From the NCBI GenBank assembly GCA_030141605.1, contig JAQGDQ010000146.1:193933-257932 (forward strand): a stretch of DNA of 64,000 bases, read 5' to 3'. This document shows, one piece after another, positions 60,607-64,000 of the stretch. This DNA comes from Tubiluchus corallicola (Eukaryota; Animalia; Priapulida). A program made the translations under genes and the position numbers. The first letter of the stretch is position 1; each line of letters begins with the position of its first letter. The notes under the pieces are model-generated. The model ran no database searches. It was given only the letters and a program-made list of their open reading frames with translations, and was not told the origin of the DNA.

Positions 60607-60906
60607 TTCCACTTCATTCATGCTGCTTTGATTAGATGACAATGTGTAGCAGGGAAGCTGGATATGGTGCAAGTGAATTTCTGCTTGTTGAAGGATTTAG
60701 ACAATTAGTTATTTAAATGCATGAAAATATAATATCACTTGTTCACATATCTTGTTTTGTATGCAGATGAATCGTCTAGTGTTAGTAAACAGCACATTGT
60801 GATCTACAGAACTTACCGGTGTAACAAACCACGGTTGTTGTGTCGTTTATCAGTGCCAACTTTTCTAGGCTTCCGGAGAAATGATTTCAAAAACAGTTAA
60901 CAAAAA

Positions 60907-61297
60907 TGTGTGCTTGTAAACCAAAATCACATATAAGTTGGCATACTTAAAACTACGTTATGACGCTTCAAAGTAGAATGTACCAGAAATTTGGTCGAAA
61001 GTCAATTTTTTGTTCTCTTGCAAAGTCCGTACCTGCCAATATCTGTGTGGTTACTAAGTGTTTTGTAGAGATGCGACAAAAAACAATGGCTGACTTTAAC
61101 AGTGATTTTCTCAAGATTATGTTTTTCAGTGTGCAGCCTGCACCTCAATTTCAACGTGGATTATCTCAGCTTAGAAATAACATAGAGCAATGAGCTTGGT
61201 ATCAAAATGATCCTCATGAAATGGAGATTCAATGATACGTGAATAACTAGAAAAGCTTAATTGCCAACTCATGGACGATTTTGCTATGCAAGCACAC
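60907..61297 (-). mobile_element. MITE family R1, copy 6 (internally deleted)
   Basis: Both TIRs retained. Confidence 0.82.
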
Positions 61298-61762
61298 AAA
61301 TATTGTTAGCGTATTTTTTAAGCTCTTTAAACTAACCAATTTATTTGAAAGTGCCAATGCATGACAAACATTCCGCAAGTGACTAACAAAGTTATAAACT
61401 TTGTCATTTTTTTACTGTAGTTGCTAATCTGTCTAGTTACTAATCACATAATTACGTGTATTTAAAGTGAGATCTAGAAGTACTCATTTGACATGTTAGC
61501 ATTCCTTTATGACGGATCATGAAGTTTCTACCTAATGTAAATTTTTATGATAAATAAATTTTACAGTGTTGAATATTAAAACATTGCCGTTAAATTATTT
61601 TCTTTACCCTGGAACTATACAAGTGCTGTTGCTGTTTTTTAAACAAGGAAGCTGAAAAAATCCATTATTGGGCCAGCAAAGATAAAGATTTTATTAGACA
61701 CTCATCATGTACCTCAATTCCTTTATTTGTCTTTTTTCCAACTAATTGAGTAATTTATTTGC

Positions 61763-61950
61763 ATAATAATAATAATAATAATGATAATTTCGTTTAGAAT
61801 ACTCATTTCCAAGGTGGCCGTGATTATTGCCCGCACGTTACAGCGATACACCCGCGTGCTTGGTCAAAAAACCAGCGGTTAAGTGCTTGGTATGACTCGG
61901 TCAGGAATTGAACCAGCGACCTCCTTCGTGGGAAGCCAGCTATGCTACCC
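61763..61950 (-). mobile_element. tRNA-derived SINE
   Basis: Minus strand B-box ggttcaattcc followed by ccgagtcataccaa and ending in a (TTA)n tail. Confidence 0.75.
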
Positions 61951-62095
61951 GGTTTTAAACATTGATCCTATGTGTTTGAAATAAATAGAATAAATAAGTA
62001 ACTCGTTTAATTGCTTTGGACTCAATGGTCTTAGTGCTTTCTGAAGAGATACAGTGACATAGCCCTTCCGATTTGCTAGATCAAATGTCAAAATC

Positions 62096-62221
62096 AAGGC
62101 TATACTGACCTTTAACCCCAATGGGCACCGTAGTCTATGTCTCAAATTCAACCAGTTTAAGGCTATACTGACCTTTAACCCCAACGGGTACCGTAGTCGA
62201 TGTCTCAAATTCAACTGGTTT
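62096..62221. repeat. 63-nt tandem duplication
   Basis: aaggctatactgacctttaaccccaa... twice. Confidence 0.9.
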
Positions 62222-62695
62222 GGGTGGAGTTCCTTTGAAGATACGATTTAGATTTGCAGATTGCTACCAACAACTGAGGCACAAAGACGTGTCCAGTACA
62301 CCTATATGTTTGTCTGGGCAAATTCTAATAACTGAAGTTGCAGACAAGTTAGATAATAATATCGAAATAAATACGTTTATGCACAAATGAAATACTGTTC
62401 TTGAAAATGGCTTCCACTATTGATGAAAAAATACTTGACCAACAACATTTTTTTGTTTATTTATTTATTATACAATTTAAGCTATGAATTCATAAGGTAT
62501 CGGTTCCAGGTCAATGGGCTTGTTATGTTTAGTCCTTACAGTGTGACCCTCTCTCGGTTGCTTTGCCTGCAAAAATGCAAATTCATTGTAAAACTTCTAA
62601 AAAGCACCAGCACATAAGAGCTTCTTTTGCTAATAAATGGCACAGTACCTGATATTGTTTTTCCTAATCTACTACCACGAAGACTGTACCTGGTA

Positions 62696-64000
62696 CAGTA
62701 GTCGCCGCTTAATAGACTCACTTTGGTACCAAAGTGTTTTGACCCAATTAACCGACTGAACCTATTAACCGACGGGTGTAGTATTACTGATATATAAAGT
62801 ATGAGGCATCAGCTTACTATGCACTGCAAAGGCTTTTAATCAATTTTAAAAACGAAGTACTGTCTAAATTCCTTTGTGCATTTAAAATTAGAAAAAATAT
62901 TTTAAAATATTAATTTACATAAGTGAATTAACAATATATTAAAAAGTATACTTTTCTAAATCGCACAAGTCTGTTTATTTGCAAAAATTCCAGTTTATTT
63001 GCAAAGTCGGCTGCTTCATTTTCTCGCGAAGAAGTTGGCTCACAAAGTTCTCGTAATTATAAAAACATTGAAAATCTGATGCAGCGTGATGCACGTATTC
63101 TCGTAAAACATCTAGCGCTTGGCATGCTTGAGCATTTCTTTGTCAAATCTGCTGCTTTCTGTCGCATTAAAGGAGCGTTCACTCGAGTATTCTTTCTCTT
63201 GAGTTTGTAAACCACACTTTTAACTCTGACTTCACAGTCTTTTCCTGTGTGTCACCTCTTAGATGCTAGATTCTCATTTTGGCTTGCTCACTGCTCAAAT
63301 TTCAAATAATTTTTCCAATATTCCGCCGAGAGTACTTTGGGAAATTTTCAACTGCGCTGCTGCACAGCTCTGCCCCATCTTTGGAAGTTTATCATACTGT
63401 TCTAAAACTTTCAGTTTCTCGCTAACTGTTAGATCTTTATGCTTATGCTCCATTTTTCAAACTGCTTAACTCCATGCCCTTATTTGCTGTATGATGTTTA
63501 CTCTTTTAAGTCACAAGAAATACTGGCAGATTACTATATCTGCATCTTTGACTGTTAACTGATTAAGCGTGAAAGTGTGATTTGCAACTAGAATCCTTGC
63601 ATCAAAAGGAAACCGCTAGGCAAGTGATTAAATGTTTAGCTTCCAGAAATTCTTTGGGTAACAAGGTTAATTGCAGGGGGCGAGTGGGTAACAGACTCAA
63701 AGCAAAACCTCTATGCTGGCGCATGATAAATGTACCTGTTTACAAACAAAACGGTACTTAACATGATTGTTTCTACATATATAATGCACAAACGGGAAGT
63801 AAAGATGACATTAGAGTAGAAAAGGCTGTTTGGGCAAATACAAATGTCTTATTTTAACTAGGTGAAGGAAAAATATCGAGTCAATTAAACGAAGTTATTT
63901 GAATCAATTACCGATAGTTTTTATGTATATTTGAATAGAAGTGGCCCGTTCCAGGCATTTTTGAGTCAATTAAGCGATTGAGTCTATTAACCGTAAGTGT
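62696..64000 (+). mobile_element. Family R5, longer copy running to the window edge
   Basis: TA-cagtagtcgccgcttaatagactcac; extra internal segment about 63130-63600; right-end motif gagtctattaa at about 63980. Confidence 0.8.

Overview
AT-rich, intron-dense genomic DNA of an invertebrate animal (not prokaryotic; most of the supplied ORFs are artefacts). Two spliced + strand genes were reconstructed by hand from GT-AG sites with unbroken reading-frame phase. (1) The 3' 15 exons (1273-10459) of a thioester-containing protein (alpha-2-macroglobulin/CD109/TEP family) with intact GCGEQ, a C3-type catalytic His and a short acidic C-terminus. (2) A 25-exon, 1233-aa ARAP-like RhoGAP (16059-56883; SAM - Pro-rich linker - PH - PH - RhoGAP - RA - PH) that appears to lack the PH1-PH2-ArfGAP-ankyrin block of canonical ARAPs. 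A possible third, Lys/Ser-rich gene end lies on the - strand at about 12.6 kb. Introns are crowded with non-autonomous DNA transposons (Tc1/pogo-type, hAT, piggyBac-type, TTAA-flanked), solo LTRs, CR1/L2 and RTE LINE fragments, a tRNA-derived SINE, fold-backs and minisatellites. Notable small signals: a tRNA-Leu 3' fragment carrying CCA and a mismatch exactly at position 58, a covarying LINE 3' stem-loop in three copies, and a decayed minimal hammerhead-ribozyme motif. No database searches were run; family calls rest on remembered motifs.
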